Shown piece after piece: positions 9,092 to 20,223 of a DNA stretch of 64,000 nucleotides. The notes under the pieces are model-generated. The model was given only the letters and a program-made list of their open reading frames with translations, was not told the DNA's origin and did no database searches. A program made the position numbers and the translations under genes. The first letter of the stretch is position 1; the number at the start of each line of letters is the position of its first letter. This DNA is from an uncultured Verrucomicrobiae bacterium (lineage in GTDB: Bacteria > Verrucomicrobiota > Verrucomicrobiia > Limisphaerales > Palsa-1400), in the NCBI GenBank assembly GCA_963707025.1, contig CAVPOM010000004.1, forward strand, positions 160,001 through 224,000, given 5' to 3'.

Positions 9092-10635
9092 GGCGGCTGC
9101 TGCTCTTGGCGGTTCTATTGACACTGTTTTGTCCCTGGCCGGCGTGGGCGCATGTCGGCAGTCCTGATGTTTTTTATGACGGCATGGTGGGGAAATGGCG
9201 AGTGCATATTGCCATCCGCATGCCGGGAGTTGTCCCCGGACGGGCCGAGATCATTGCGCAAGTCCAGAGCCAGGAACCGGTGGTCGTTTCCTTCACGCCA
9301 CTTGCCTCGCGGAATGCTGTCAGCAACGCGCCCCCGGCGGAAACGGCGAAACTGGTGCCCGGTGAAACGAACATTTACACCGGCGATTTGTGGTTGATGA
9401 CGATTGGAGCTTACAGCATTGATGTGCGGATTCATGGAGCATCGGGCGATGGCGCGGTGCAAATTCCGGTCAATTCGGTCGCGATCATGCAACTTCCGCT
9501 GCCGCCCTGGCTCGGCGGCCTGTTGCTCGCACTGGGCGTGATTTTATTTTGCGGAGGGATGGCCATTGTCGCCGCCGCCGCTGGAGAGAGCGTGCTGCCA
9601 GTGGGAGCCGCGCCGGGGAAAACCGAGCGTCGCAAATACTGGATGGCGGCAGCCATCACGGGCATCGTGCTGGCGCTGGCGCTTTTGGGTGGCAAGAAAT
9701 GGTGGGATGCGGATGACCGGGATTTCCGCGCGCGACTGCGTGGGGGCGGCTGGCCGGATGTCGCGGCGGACGTCCACATGGAAGGCGCGCAACGCATTCT
9801 GGCGTTGACCTTCGGTTCGACAGGTAATTCTTCCTCCGGGCCGAATGCCTATCTGGGTTTGTCGCCCGACCACGGCAAACTCCTGCATCTGTTTCTGGTT
9901 CGGCAGCCAGGCCGCGAGGCGTTTGGGCATATCCATCCAGTGCGCAAAGGCAATCGAACTTTCGCGGTGGCTTTGCCGCCATTGCCGGAAGGCGATTACG
10001 AACTGTTCTGTGACTTGACTCTGGACTCTGGACTGAGTTCCACCGCCACGAACAGGGTCCATCTTCCCGCCATGCCTGCCACCACCAACGCCACTAATTC
10101 CCTGGAACCGGACGCGGACGATTCGTGGGCGGTCGAGTCTGCGGCCGCCGTCCGCGCCGATGCCGGCCACGACACCATTTGTCGTCTGCCTGATGGAACG
10201 CAAATCATTTGGAAAGCCCATCCACCGCCGCGCGTGAAACAAGACGCCGCTTTGCGATTCGAGGTCCTTGACCAAGCCGGACAACCGGCCCAGCTCGAAC
10301 CTTACATGGGCATGACGAGTCATGCCGCGGTGCTGCGTTCTGACGGACGCGTTTTTGACCACCTGCATCCTTCGGGAAATTATTCGATGGCGGCCCAAAT
10401 GATTTTTGACGCCAAGATCGCCAAAGAAACCGGCGCCCTTCCGCCCGGAATGATGAAGATGCCAGACGGCTCCATCATGGATCGTTCGATGATGGGTCGC
10501 GCTTCCAATGGCGATGAAACCTCGTTGGTCTCCCTGCCCTACGAATTTCCGGCGCCGGGGAATTACCGGATTTGGGTCCAGATCAAGATAGCCGGCAAAA
10601 TCATGACCGGCATTTTCGATACGACCGTCCGGTAG
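9088..10635 (+). CDS. Exported membrane-anchored His/Met-rich putative copper-binding protein
   Basis: ATGA overlap with the upstream gene. Signal peptide ends AWA then H22; two central TM helices; DHGKLLHL, GHIHP, PYMGMTSHA, DHLHP and a Met-rich segment. Confidence 0.75.
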   Translation: MRRLLLLAVLLTLFCPWPAWAHVGSPDVFYDGMVGKWRVHIAIRMPGVVPGRAEIIAQVQSQEPVVVSFTPLASRNAVSNAPPAETAKLVPGETNIYTGDLWLMTIGAYSIDVRIHGASGDGAVQIPVNSVAIMQLPLPPWLGGLLLALGVILFCGGMAIVAAAAGESVLPVGAAPGKTERRKYWMAAAITGIVLALALLGGKKWWDADDRDFRARLRGGGWPDVAADVHMEGAQRILALTFGSTGNSSSGPNAYLGLSPDHGKLLHLFLVRQPGREAFGHIHPVRKGNRTFAVALPPLPEGDYELFCDLTLDSGLSSTATNRVHLPAMPATTNATNSLEPDADDSWAVESAAAVRADAGHDTICRLPDGTQIIWKAHPPPRVKQDAALRFEVLDQAGQPAQLEPYMGMTSHAAVLRSDGRVFDHLHPSGNYSMAAQMIFDAKIAKETGALPPGMMKMPDGSIMDRSMMGRASNGDETSLVSLPYEFPAPGNYRIWVQIKIAGKIMTGIFDTTVR

Positions 10636-11309
10636 TCTCCACGCGGCAGCATTCTCCAGTATGACATCAATTTTATTTTATGGCCGACGTTCTTTGCCGC
10701 ACTTACGGCGCTCGACGACCAACCTCTCACAAATCATCGCCGCATCGAGCTGCAAGTGTGCTTGTGGCCCCGCGACGACCACTTCTGAAAGAAAGTCGTC
10801 GCGCCTCAGGCCATGCCAATCAATATTAACCAAAATGCTGGTGCAACCTGTGGAGATGATTTATTATCTGAATTCGACTTCCTGGGTGCTGGCGTTAAAT
10901 GGTGAGAGCACTCCGAGTGAAAGATTGATTTTGCAACAATTTGCAACAGTTTCGATGCCCAAAGGTGCCTTTTGGTGCGAAACTGCGGTCAAACAGGAAG
11001 TTTATAACATCTTGTGTCCCAGGTAATTATGAATCTATGAAAAACGCGCGGCATGATTCGAATCCCTTCGCTCGCTCCATCTGCCATCCCCGGCCAAGCC
11101 GGTGTTCAACTCCAGAACGGCTTGGTTCACAGGACTTTCCGCGCATTGCCGGCTAATATCAGATCTGTCAAACAGTGCGTGGTTTTCATGGTGGCGCCCA
11201 GGCCATGCTTGTTGAGCATGGCTTATGTTGAACCATTAAGAAAGTAGCGACTCTTCTTGCATGGCCGGGAGTGCTTCGATAGAATATTTGACGCTTCGGA
11301 AGATTTTTT

Positions 11310-14300
11310 ATGAAAACGCTTTCCGTGTCTCTTGCGACGGCTCTGGCTGTCGTCTTCACTCCCTGCGCCTTTGGACAGTTCACCAACGCCATGCCGGGTC
11401 GCGCCTTGAACAAGTTGTTGCCCGACTATGCCCGCCCGCTGGTTTACGGGCTTAATCAAGCCAACGGCTCCGTGCCCGGCACCTTGCTGGCCCTCAACGC
11501 CAGCAATGGAGTCATCGTCAACGAGATCACGCTGGACTTGAATCCGACGGACATGGCAGCCAGTCCGGCAGGCGACGCGCTGTATGTCATCAACGCGGGC
11601 AGCCGAACGATTTCCAAAGTGGATTTGAATTCTTTCGCAGTGGTGTCGGAAAAGGCCATATCAACGCCCAGTACTTACAGCCTTTCCAATCCGTTGTATC
11701 TGGTGGTTAGCCCATCGGGCCTGATTTACTACACCGACGGAGCTTGGGGCCCGGAGATTTATTCTTTCGATTTCAATGCCGGGACGAACATGCTCGTCTT
11801 GGACACCGGAGGCAACCAGAGTATCGGCGCCGGCGGAATGGTGCTGAATAAGAGTGGCGATACTCTCTATATCTGGCAACAATATGGATGGAGCGCTGGT
11901 TACGCAAACTCAGCGATAGCCAGTCTCGCTGTGGGCGCCGGTTCATTGACGACGACCGCAACCGGCCCGTCGCAGGGCCGCGATCCGCTGAACACCCCTA
12001 TTTTCCTGGATGCAGCGGGGAGATGGGTATTTAACAAAGTGCAGAGAGTTTCTGCAACAAATGTCACAGTTCTGTTAAGTCAATTTGCCGACAACATATA
12101 TGCCATTTCGCTCGATGGCGCGGTCGCCTTTGGGCCCAATGAGGTTTACAACGGGCTGACGGGCTTTTTGCTGACCAATCTGCCGTTCGCGACGGCGGTG
12201 CAGACGTTGTCCGGCGATCAAACGAAGTTGTTTCGTTACAACGGCACGACCACGAACCTGGTGGTCTATGATATGGCCGGCATTGCCCCCGTCAGCGGGC
12301 CGGCCATTGTTCCCACGCCTGCGGATGGCTCGGTCGTCAGTCCGCCCATGACCAATCTGGCCTGGACGGTTTCCCCATTGGCCCTGGCCTATGACGTGTA
12401 CTTGGGAACCAACCGGGCTCAGGTTGCCGCCGCTGCCACTTCCTCTCCCCAGTACTTGGGCCGCGTCACAACTCCGGACGAGTCCCTCGCTCCGGCTCTG
12501 ATTCCAGGAACAACCTATTACTGGCGCGTGGATATCGCGGGCTTCAACGCCACCAACACCGGCAGCGTCTGGTCGTTCACAGTTGCCACTTTGTCCGTCA
12601 GTCCGCCCCAGATCGGCGTCGGTTCCATTGCGGGTTACAGTCCCGCCGCCACGACCCTGACCCTGACCGGTGGCGCGTCCGTCACTTGGTCCGCCGCGGT
12701 GACAGGCCCCAACTGGATGACGTTGAATCCGACCAGCGGAAGGACGCCATCTTCGCCGGTCGTGTCCTTCACCACGGCCAGCCTGGCGGCTGGATCGTAC
12801 ACCAACAATATTGAGTTCACGATTGGTGCTTCCAAGCTGGAATTGCCGGTCACCCTCACCATCACACCGCTCAACATCGTGAAGATGGCGGCGGACAAGC
12901 AGCGCCCCTACATCTATGCGTTGCAGCCACCATCGCTCTCCGGCCAAAACGGGTTGTTGCTTTTTATCAACACCGCCACCGGGAACATTGATAAAACTCT
13001 GGCCATCGGCCTCAACCCGGTGGACCTGAGCATTAATTACGGCGAGGGCAATTTGTATGTAGCCAGTTGGGGTGAAACCTGGACATACGTTGTGAATTTG
13101 AACACCCAAACCCTCCTCCCCTCTTTGAACCTCGGCACCGATGTTTACAAAATCAACGCCGGCAAGGCGGGACGGGTCATGATCGAAGGGGAAGACCAGT
13201 GGGTGTACGTGAGCTTGATCAATACGGGGAACGCCTCTGTGGTGTCTTCCATCTTTGTCCGTGAGGGCGATGGCGCGTGTGATCCGACCGGAACGGTTTA
13301 TTACCATTGCGACAACAATATATCCGATGCTTGCGTCCACAAATACATGACCACAAACGATTCGTTTGTCGAAGTAGCCGACAGCCTCCAGCATCCTTAC
13401 GGCACACGCAATCTGGTTTTGTCCCCCGATGGAAGCATTCTCTTTTGGAACAGTTACGCCTACGACCCCAATTTGAACGAGCTGGGCACTTTTAGCGCCG
13501 AAATCTACTCCTGTTCCACCAACGGCCGCATCGTCTTTGGCGCCAGCCAGGCGTTCGACAGCACGACCCGCCAGGCCATCTTTAATCTCCCCGTTTCCAG
13601 CGGCGTCTCTGTAGTGGACGGTCAGAATCTGGGCTTCTGGTATTTCAATTCCACCAGCGCCGCGTTGGGCCGTGTGCCGATGAGCTTGGTTGAAACTCCT
13701 GCCTTCAGCGTGCAGCCTGCCGCTGCCACCTCCGTTGCCATTGGAGGCTCGGTTTATTTAACGGGAACCGCCATCGGGCTGGCGCCCCTTTCCTATCAAT
13801 GGATCTTGTCGGGAACCAACCTCCCCGGCGCGACGAATTACTTCCTCTCGATGAACAATGTGCAGCCGGCGCAGCAAGGCGCCTATCAACTTGTCGTCAA
13901 CAATTCGTTTGGCGCGGTGACCAGCTCCGTCTCCCATCTGACGGTGGTTGTTCCTCCGACCATCTCGAGCCTTTCGCCCGGCACCAATGTTCTGGCGGGG
14001 GAGCCGATCAACTTGGCTGTCGGAGCCGCCGGCACCGCCCCGTTCACCTACCGTTGGATGTTTGAAAATGTCTCCATCGCCGGCGCCGCCAATTCGACGC
14101 TGACGATCAGCAATGCCCAGGCGACAAATGAGGGCATTTACAGCGTCGTCGTTGCCAATGTGGCTGGGTCCGTCACCAGCGCGGTCGTCGCGGTCCGCGT
14201 CTCTCCCTCGGCGCCCGTCCTGGTCACAGGGCCGGCCTCCCTTACCCTGCCAGCCTCGTCCAACGCGCTTTTTAGCGTCACCGCCGTTGGCAGTCAGCCG

Positions 14301-15977
14301 CTGGCCTGCGGCTGGCTCTTTGACAACCTGCCGATCGTGGGTGCCACTTCCCCGCTGCTCGTCCTGACCAATGTTCAATTCTCCAACAGCGGCAGCTATC
14401 AAGTAGTTCTCTCTAATTCCGCCGGCTCCACCACCAGCGCCGTGGCCGCGCTGACGGTCACCCCGCTGGCGCCTTATTTCACCCTGCAGCCTGTCGGCGC
14501 TTCCAACAGCGTCGGGACCAGCCGCACTTTCACCGCCTTGGCCAACGGCTCCCAGCCGATTGCCTACCAATGGCAGCAGAACAACACCAACATTCCTGGT
14601 GCCACTCAGACGTCCCTCCTTCTTGCCAACCTGGCCCCCGGCAACGCAGGCTCTTACACCGTCATCGCCACCAACTCCGCTGGCTCCTGCACCAGCGCCG
14701 TGGCACCACTGACCGTCTTCCAAACACCTGCGATCACCACACCGCTGACAAATGTTGTCACCGATATCAGCAACACCGTGCTTCTTTCTGTCGCCGCCCA
14801 GGGCAGCGCAACTCTCCATTACTGCTGGCGCTTCAACGGCGCGCTCCTCGCAGAAACCAGTTCCGTCCTCACCCTCACCAATCTCCAAACCTCGCAGTCG
14901 GGTTACTACCAAGTCACCGTCACGAACCAGTACGGCAGCGCCGCCTCTCTCGCCCGGGTCAGCGTCTTGTCCTTCCGATGCATGGTCATTGCGTGGGGCG
15001 ACAACTCCGGCGGCCAATGTTCCGTCCCGGCCAATTTGATGGATGCGGTTGGCGTGGGCGGCGGCGACTACCACACCATCGCCCTCCGGCACAACGGCAC
15101 CTTGCTTGGCTGGGGCTACAACGGCGACGGCCAAACAAACGTTCCTGCCGGCTCCCTGCTTTACGTGTCCATCGCATGCGGGGCCGCCCACAACCTTGCC
15201 ATCAGGGAGGATGGTTCTCTGGTCGCCTGGGGCCGCAATGACGCCGGCCAGATCAACATTCCGGCCAACGCCAAGTCCAATATTCTTTCCATTGCCGCCG
15301 GGGATTCGCACAGTGTGGCACTGCTTTCCGCAGGCTCCGTTGTTGCCTGGGGCGACAATTCGTTCGGACAAACTTCCGTGCCGGCTGGGTTGACAGGTGT
15401 CCGCGCTGTGGCCGCCGGTCGCAACCACAGCCTTGCCCTCCTCGGCACGGGCCGGGTGTCCGCGTGGGGTTTCAACACGTACGGCCAGTCCTCACCCCCG
15501 GCGAGCCTGACCAACGCCATGGCCATCGCGGGCGGCTATCTCCACAGTGCGGCGCTTTGTTCCAATGGCACCGTAGTCGTTTGGGGCGATAACTCTTATG
15601 GTCAAACCAATGTTCCAGCAGGAGTGTCCAACGTCGTCGCCATCGCCGCCGGAGATTTCCACACGCTGGCTTTGCGTGCGGATGGGACCATTGTTGGCTG
15701 GGGCAACGACAACTATGGGCAGGTTGATGTTCCGGCCGCCGCCGCCGCCGCCTCGGGTATCGGCTCGGGCAATTATCACAGCCTTGCGCTTGTTCCTGCT
15801 GTCGTGCTTCAAGCTGCCCTCAATTCATCCCAATTAATTGTCAGTTGGGATGGTCCGGGCGTTTTGCAATGGGCTCCGACCCCGATTGGACCTTGGACTT
15901 CGGTCATTTGCCAGGGCACCTGTTACACCAACCTTGATATGTCCTGGCCGGCCAGGTTCTTCCGCGTCCAACGCTGA
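11310..15977 (+). CDS. Large secreted multidomain surface protein (beta-propellers, BACON-like domain, 5 Ig-like repeats, 7 RCC1 repeats)
   Basis: Signal peptide; five P..F/I...Y.W Ig units; seven WG.N..GQ..VP-type RCC1 blades; C-terminal ...GPW...RFFRVQR. Confidence 0.85.
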   Translation: MKTLSVSLATALAVVFTPCAFGQFTNAMPGRALNKLLPDYARPLVYGLNQANGSVPGTLLALNASNGVIVNEITLDLNPTDMAASPAGDALYVINAGSRTISKVDLNSFAVVSEKAISTPSTYSLSNPLYLVVSPSGLIYYTDGAWGPEIYSFDFNAGTNMLVLDTGGNQSIGAGGMVLNKSGDTLYIWQQYGWSAGYANSAIASLAVGAGSLTTTATGPSQGRDPLNTPIFLDAAGRWVFNKVQRVSATNVTVLLSQFADNIYAISLDGAVAFGPNEVYNGLTGFLLTNLPFATAVQTLSGDQTKLFRYNGTTTNLVVYDMAGIAPVSGPAIVPTPADGSVVSPPMTNLAWTVSPLALAYDVYLGTNRAQVAAAATSSPQYLGRVTTPDESLAPALIPGTTYYWRVDIAGFNATNTGSVWSFTVATLSVSPPQIGVGSIAGYSPAATTLTLTGGASVTWSAAVTGPNWMTLNPTSGRTPSSPVVSFTTASLAAGSYTNNIEFTIGASKLELPVTLTITPLNIVKMAADKQRPYIYALQPPSLSGQNGLLLFINTATGNIDKTLAIGLNPVDLSINYGEGNLYVASWGETWTYVVNLNTQTLLPSLNLGTDVYKINAGKAGRVMIEGEDQWVYVSLINTGNASVVSSIFVREGDGACDPTGTVYYHCDNNISDACVHKYMTTNDSFVEVADSLQHPYGTRNLVLSPDGSILFWNSYAYDPNLNELGTFSAEIYSCSTNGRIVFGASQAFDSTTRQAIFNLPVSSGVSVVDGQNLGFWYFNSTSAALGRVPMSLVETPAFSVQPAAATSVAIGGSVYLTGTAIGLAPLSYQWILSGTNLPGATNYFLSMNNVQPAQQGAYQLVVNNSFGAVTSSVSHLTVVVPPTISSLSPGTNVLAGEPINLAVGAAGTAPFTYRWMFENVSIAGAANSTLTISNAQATNEGIYSVVVANVAGSVTSAVVAVRVSPSAPVLVTGPASLTLPASSNALFSVTAVGSQPLACGWLFDNLPIVGATSPLLVLTNVQFSNSGSYQVVLSNSAGSTTSAVAALTVTPLAPYFTLQPVGASNSVGTSRTFTALANGSQPIAYQWQQNNTNIPGATQTSLLLANLAPGNAGSYTVIATNSAGSCTSAVAPLTVFQTPAITTPLTNVVTDISNTVLLSVAAQGSATLHYCWRFNGALLAETSSVLTLTNLQTSQSGYYQVTVTNQYGSAASLARVSVLSFRCMVIAWGDNSGGQCSVPANLMDAVGVGGGDYHTIALRHNGTLLGWGYNGDGQTNVPAGSLLYVSIACGAAHNLAIREDGSLVAWGRNDAGQINIPANAKSNILSIAAGDSHSVALLSAGSVVAWGDNSFGQTSVPAGLTGVRAVAAGRNHSLALLGTGRVSAWGFNTYGQSSPPASLTNAMAIAGGYLHSAALCSNGTVVVWGDNSYGQTNVPAGVSNVVAIAAGDFHTLALRADGTIVGWGNDNYGQVDVPAAAAAASGIGSGNYHSLALVPAVVLQAALNSSQLIVSWDGPGVLQWAPTPIGPWTSVICQGTCYTNLDMSWPARFFRVQR

Positions 15978-16164
15978 TCGGGCGCGTGGAATGCGTCAGT
16001 TTCCCGAAGACCATGGTGCAGGACATTGGCTCCGCCGGCCATAACCCGCTCATCTTGGGGAATTATCACTCCAGAGCCTCGAATGCTGCCCTTGCGACAA
16101 CCGCCCTGCACGCGACGAAACGCGAAGGTGGCCGCAGACTGGTGCCATGCGACAGCGCCTGCAT

Positions 16165-16457
16165 CCGGAGCGGCCTCAAGCTGGGGGCGATTTCCAATTG
16201 GGACCAGCGCCTGCGCCCGCTGTTGAAGGAATTTAAGCTGGACAGTTGGTTCGATGCCCTCGTCATAAGCGGTCGAGGCGGGGGTGGCCAAACCGCACGC
16301 CGCCATTTTCCAGCGCGCCGCGGAGCAACTGCAACTGGCTCCGGCACAAATTCTGCGCATAGGGGACTGCCGGGAGGAAGATTTTGAAGGCGCCCAAGAC
16401 GCCGGTTTCCAAGCGCTGCTGCTCCGCCGCGGCGAAGCGTCCCACCCTGGCCAATAA
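16165..16457 (+). pseudogene. C-terminal fragment of a HAD-superfamily hydrolase
   Basis: LGAISNWDQRL...WFDALVISG / EAGVAKPHAAIF...IGD..EEDFEGAQDAGFQALL; N-terminus absent; one frameshift. Confidence 0.75.
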
Positions 16458-16704
16458 ATCTCTTCCCTGGCAGAGGCCATTCTGCGCCCTTGAGAACAGT
16501 CTGCGCTTGTGCGAATGGAGATACCCATTTTTACATCTTCCCATTCTGGTTTCAAGCCGATGAGCCACAGCAGCCAAATCACCCAATTCAAGGCCCCTTT
16601 CAGCAATCGCCGGTCTTGGGAGGCGAATCTTGCAGGGCAAGATATGTAAAACAAAGGACAACCAATGGGAAGAGGGATACGCCGCTTGGAGCGACCCTTT
16701 AACG

Positions 16705-18461
16705 ATGGGTACTCGATTGATTTTAACCTTGGCGGCAGGGCTTCTCGCAACAACGGCCGTGGCCGCCGCCGAGATCAGCAGCAGCGACTGTCTGGTATGC
16801 CACGGCGACAAGACCTTGACCGGCACCAACGCGGCGGGGCGGACGGTTTCGTTATATGTTGATGCGGCGGCGCTGGCGGCTTCGGTGCATCGCACCAATT
16901 CCTGCGCTAGTTGCCATAACGACATCACGGACAAGCATCCGGACGATAACGTCGTGGCGCGTGCGGTGGGCTGCGCGCGCTGCCATTCGGAAGCGTCCCT
17001 GAGTTTCACGGCCAGTGTGCATGGGGTGGCCCTTCGGGATGGCGTCACCAACGGGACGCATCACGCCCCGGTTTGCAGCGACTGCCACGGGTCGCATGGA
17101 GTGGTGCTGCCCAGTTCGCCGCAGTCCCCCCTTAATTTTGCCCATCTCGCCCTCACCTGCGGCCAATGCCATGAACAGGAGGCCAAAGACGTGATGGAAA
17201 GCGTCCACGGCAAGGCGGTGGCGGCGGGGCAGCGCGAGGCGGCGACCTGCACCGATTGCCATTCGGAGCACAAGATCGAAGCGCTCAAGGGAAGCTCGTC
17301 CCTGAAAATCTCGCAGGAGGTTTGCAGCAAGTGTCACGCCTCGGAGCGCCTGAACACCAAATACAATCTGCCGCCGGACCGGGTGAAAACGTTTTTCGCC
17401 AGTTACCACGGGCTGGCCGCGCAGTACGGCTCCACCCGCGCTGCCAATTGCGGCAGTTGCCACGGCTTCCATCTGGTTCTCCCCTCCTCCGACCACCGTT
17501 CCAGCATTTACAAGAACAACCTGGCCGCCACCTGCGGAAAATGCCACGAGGGAGTCAGCGCCAATTTCGCGCAGAGCAAGGTGCATGTGGACATTGACGC
17601 GGCGCGCGGCGACGCCCAGTTGAGCGAACGCATCAATTGGTGGGTGCGCAAAATCTACGTGGGGCTGATTTTTGCCGTCATCGGCTTGATGGCCGCCCAC
17701 AACGCCCTCATCTTCGGCCGCAAGGCGGCGGTGCTCAATCGCCGCTCCGAACGCACCCTGGTGCGGATGGATGCTTCCCAGCGCTGGCAGCACTGGGTGC
17801 TCGCGGCCAGTTTTATCGTGCTGGCGTGGAGCGGATTTGCCTTGAAGTTTCCTGATTCGTTTGTGGCGCATTCGCTGGGGTCGGGCGAAAACTTCCGTCG
17901 CTGGACCCATCGCATTGCCGGGGTTTTGCTGCTCCTGGCCGGCGCCTATCACCTCGGCTACGTCTCCGCCGCCCGCGAAGGGCGCCGGCTGCTCAAGGAC
18001 ATGCTTCCCAGCCTGAAGGATGCGCGGGACGCGGCGGCCAATGCGCGCCGGCTGGCCGGCTGGGCGGTGTCAAACCAAAATTCGGGCGGTTCGGCTACGC
18101 CGAGAAAATGGAGTATTGGGCCGTGGTCTGGGGAACCGTCATCATGGGCGCGACCGGCCTGACGATCTGGATGAAGATGGGAGTGACGCGGTTTCTGCCG
18201 CGCTGGGCGGTTGATGTGGCGACCACCATTCATTATTACGAGGCGATCCTGGCCTGCCTGGCTATTTTGGTGTGGCACCTTTATCATGTCATTTTCGATC
18301 CGGACGTGTATCCTCTGAACCGCGAGGTTCTGGACGGTCGCGTCTCGCGGGAATGGTTGGAAGAAGAACATCCGCTGGACCCGGCGCTGGCCGGCGCAGA
18401 GCCGCCCGCCCCCGCAGCCGATCAAGCCAAACATCAGGAGACGCAACCGGCGCAGCATTGA
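16705..18461 (+). CDS. Nine-heme cytochrome c fused to a cytochrome b membrane domain (CbcL-like); frameshift near 18065
   Basis: Nine CxxCH motifs counted, then QRWQHW..AASF, HRIAG, EKMEYWAVVWGT and IHYYEAILACLAILVWHLY. Confidence 0.85.
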
Positions 18462-18513
18462 GCGCCTGAGTGACCGGGAGGTGCTTTCCCCGGCCATCGC
18501 ACTGGCGGTGTCT

Positions 18514-20223
18514 TCAGGCGGACAATACTCCTTTGATTTTCAGCGTGACGGCGTGCGCGCAGGGTGGCTGGTCCGGCAGCTTGACGTTGAGTCCCTGCTC
18601 GTCCTGGGTCCACTCCATCTTGCCACCGTGGCCGAGGAGCGAGACATCGGCGACTTTGCGTCCGCCAATCAGCGGCGAGTTGGAGGCAAGGCTTTTGACG
18701 GCCGTGCTCCTCGTTTCGGGCCAGACCATGATGAAGGCGTAGAGCGTGTCTCCCTTCCTCGTGAAACGCAGGTCCCCGGAGGTGTAAGGCCGCACATCGC
18801 GCGCGCCGCCAAACTGGCCCCGCTGCTGCGGGCCGGTGACGGACGGGCCTTCTCCATACACGTTCCACGGGCGCGTGCCATGGATGCCCTCGCTGTTCAC
18901 ATCCATCCAGGCGGTGAATTCGGAGAGAAACTTAAGTTCGTCGTCGTCGGGAAAACCGTGGCCGGGCAGGGGAATGTTCAACTGGAGGTTGCCGTTCTTG
19001 CTCACAATATCAATGAGCATCTGGCAGACCTGTTGGGCCGTCTTGTATTTGTGCTGGTCGAAAAGGCTGCGCTCATAATGCCAGGAGCCGATGCAGGTGT
19101 CGGTCTGCCACGGCAGAGTTTCGCCGCCATTGGTGACCCCGCGCTCGACGTCCAGCACCAGGGCGCGGCGTTGTTCGGCGTTCAAGCCTTTGCCGGTCAA
19201 CACCGCCTCCAGCTTGCCGCCGTGGCGCGCCAGGCTCGTATTATAGTAATAGGCGGCGATGCGCAGGCCAATGTCGCTGGCGGGATAAATGGGCAGAACC
19301 GTGTCGTCGAAATACAACAGGTCGGGATGGTACTGGTCAACCAGGTCAATCGTGCGGTTGAAAAACTTCTCGATATAGGGCTTGGCCAGCGGGGGATTGC
19401 CGCTCTGCGGCCAATCGTAACGGCCCATGGCGTGGTACTGGGCGTAATAGTCCTGCGGATCCAGACCCTTCCACCATTGGCCCTGGCCGTCGGCTTTGCT
19501 CATGCGCCCGTCGTAAGGCACTCCCGCCAATGGGCCGCTCGGATCGGTGCCTTGCGCCGCTTGATACCAACTCCAGGCGCGGTCCCCGTGCGAGGTCACC
19601 GCCAGCCGCAGGCCGGCCGCGCGCACCGCCTTGGCCCAGCCCCCAACGATGTCCTTCTTCGGCCCAAGGGCGACGCTGTTCCACGGCTGATACCTGGAAT
19701 TGAACATGTCGAAGTTATCATGGTGATTGGCCATGGCCGCGAAGTATTTCGCCCCGGCACGCTTGTAGAGGGAAATAAGGTGCTGGGGATCCCAGCGCTC
19801 GGCCTTCCATTGGTGGACCACATCCTTGAAACCAAACTTGGAGGGATGGCCGTATTTCTGGACATGGAATTTGTAGATGGGGCCGTTAAATTGATACATC
19901 CTTTGCGCATACCAGTCGCCCATTTCGGGCTGGCATTGCGGCCCCCAGTGCGCCCAGATGCCCAACTTCGCGTCGCGGAACCAATCGGGCACCTGATAGC
20001 TGCTGGAGAGCGATTCCCACGCCGGCTGAAACGGCCCGGGGGCGACGCCAAAACCGGGCGGCGCGGAAATCGCCCTCGGCGCCGGAGGCAAGCCGGACGC
20101 CGGCGCGGCGACGGGTGTGTTCCCTTTGCTGGCGCAGGAAGGCAGGAGCGGCAGGCTGGCCGCGGCGCCGGCAAAGAGCGCGGATTGTTTGAGGAATTGA
20201 CGGCGGGAGAAGTGCTTCTTCAT
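18514..20223 (-). CDS. GH29 alpha-L-fucosidase, Tat-exported
   Basis: Motifs SRRQFLK, WFRDAKLGIWAHWG, ANHHDNF, LLYFD and DIVSKNGNLQLNIP. Confidence 0.92.
   Translation of the reverse strand: MKKHFSRRQFLKQSALFAGAAASLPLLPSCASKGNTPVAAPASGLPPAPRAISAPPGFGVAPGPFQPAWESLSSSYQVPDWFRDAKLGIWAHWGPQCQPEMGDWYAQRMYQFNGPIYKFHVQKYGHPSKFGFKDVVHQWKAERWDPQHLISLYKRAGAKYFAAMANHHDNFDMFNSRYQPWNSVALGPKKDIVGGWAKAVRAAGLRLAVTSHGDRAWSWYQAAQGTDPSGPLAGVPYDGRMSKADGQGQWWKGLDPQDYYAQYHAMGRYDWPQSGNPPLAKPYIEKFFNRTIDLVDQYHPDLLYFDDTVLPIYPASDIGLRIAAYYYNTSLARHGGKLEAVLTGKGLNAEQRRALVLDVERGVTNGGETLPWQTDTCIGSWHYERSLFDQHKYKTAQQVCQMLIDIVSKNGNLQLNIPLPGHGFPDDDELKFLSEFTAWMDVNSEGIHGTRPWNVYGEGPSVTGPQQRGQFGGARDVRPYTSGDLRFTRKGDTLYAFIMVWPETRSTAVKSLASNSPLIGGRKVADVSLLGHGGKMEWTQDEQGLNVKLPDQPPCAHAVTLKIKGVLSA

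Noticed and set aside
10640..11300. ORFs or ncRNA in the AT-richer gap before the large surface protein
   Set aside because: No recognisable motif, RBS or structure; probably promoter region or decayed DNA.
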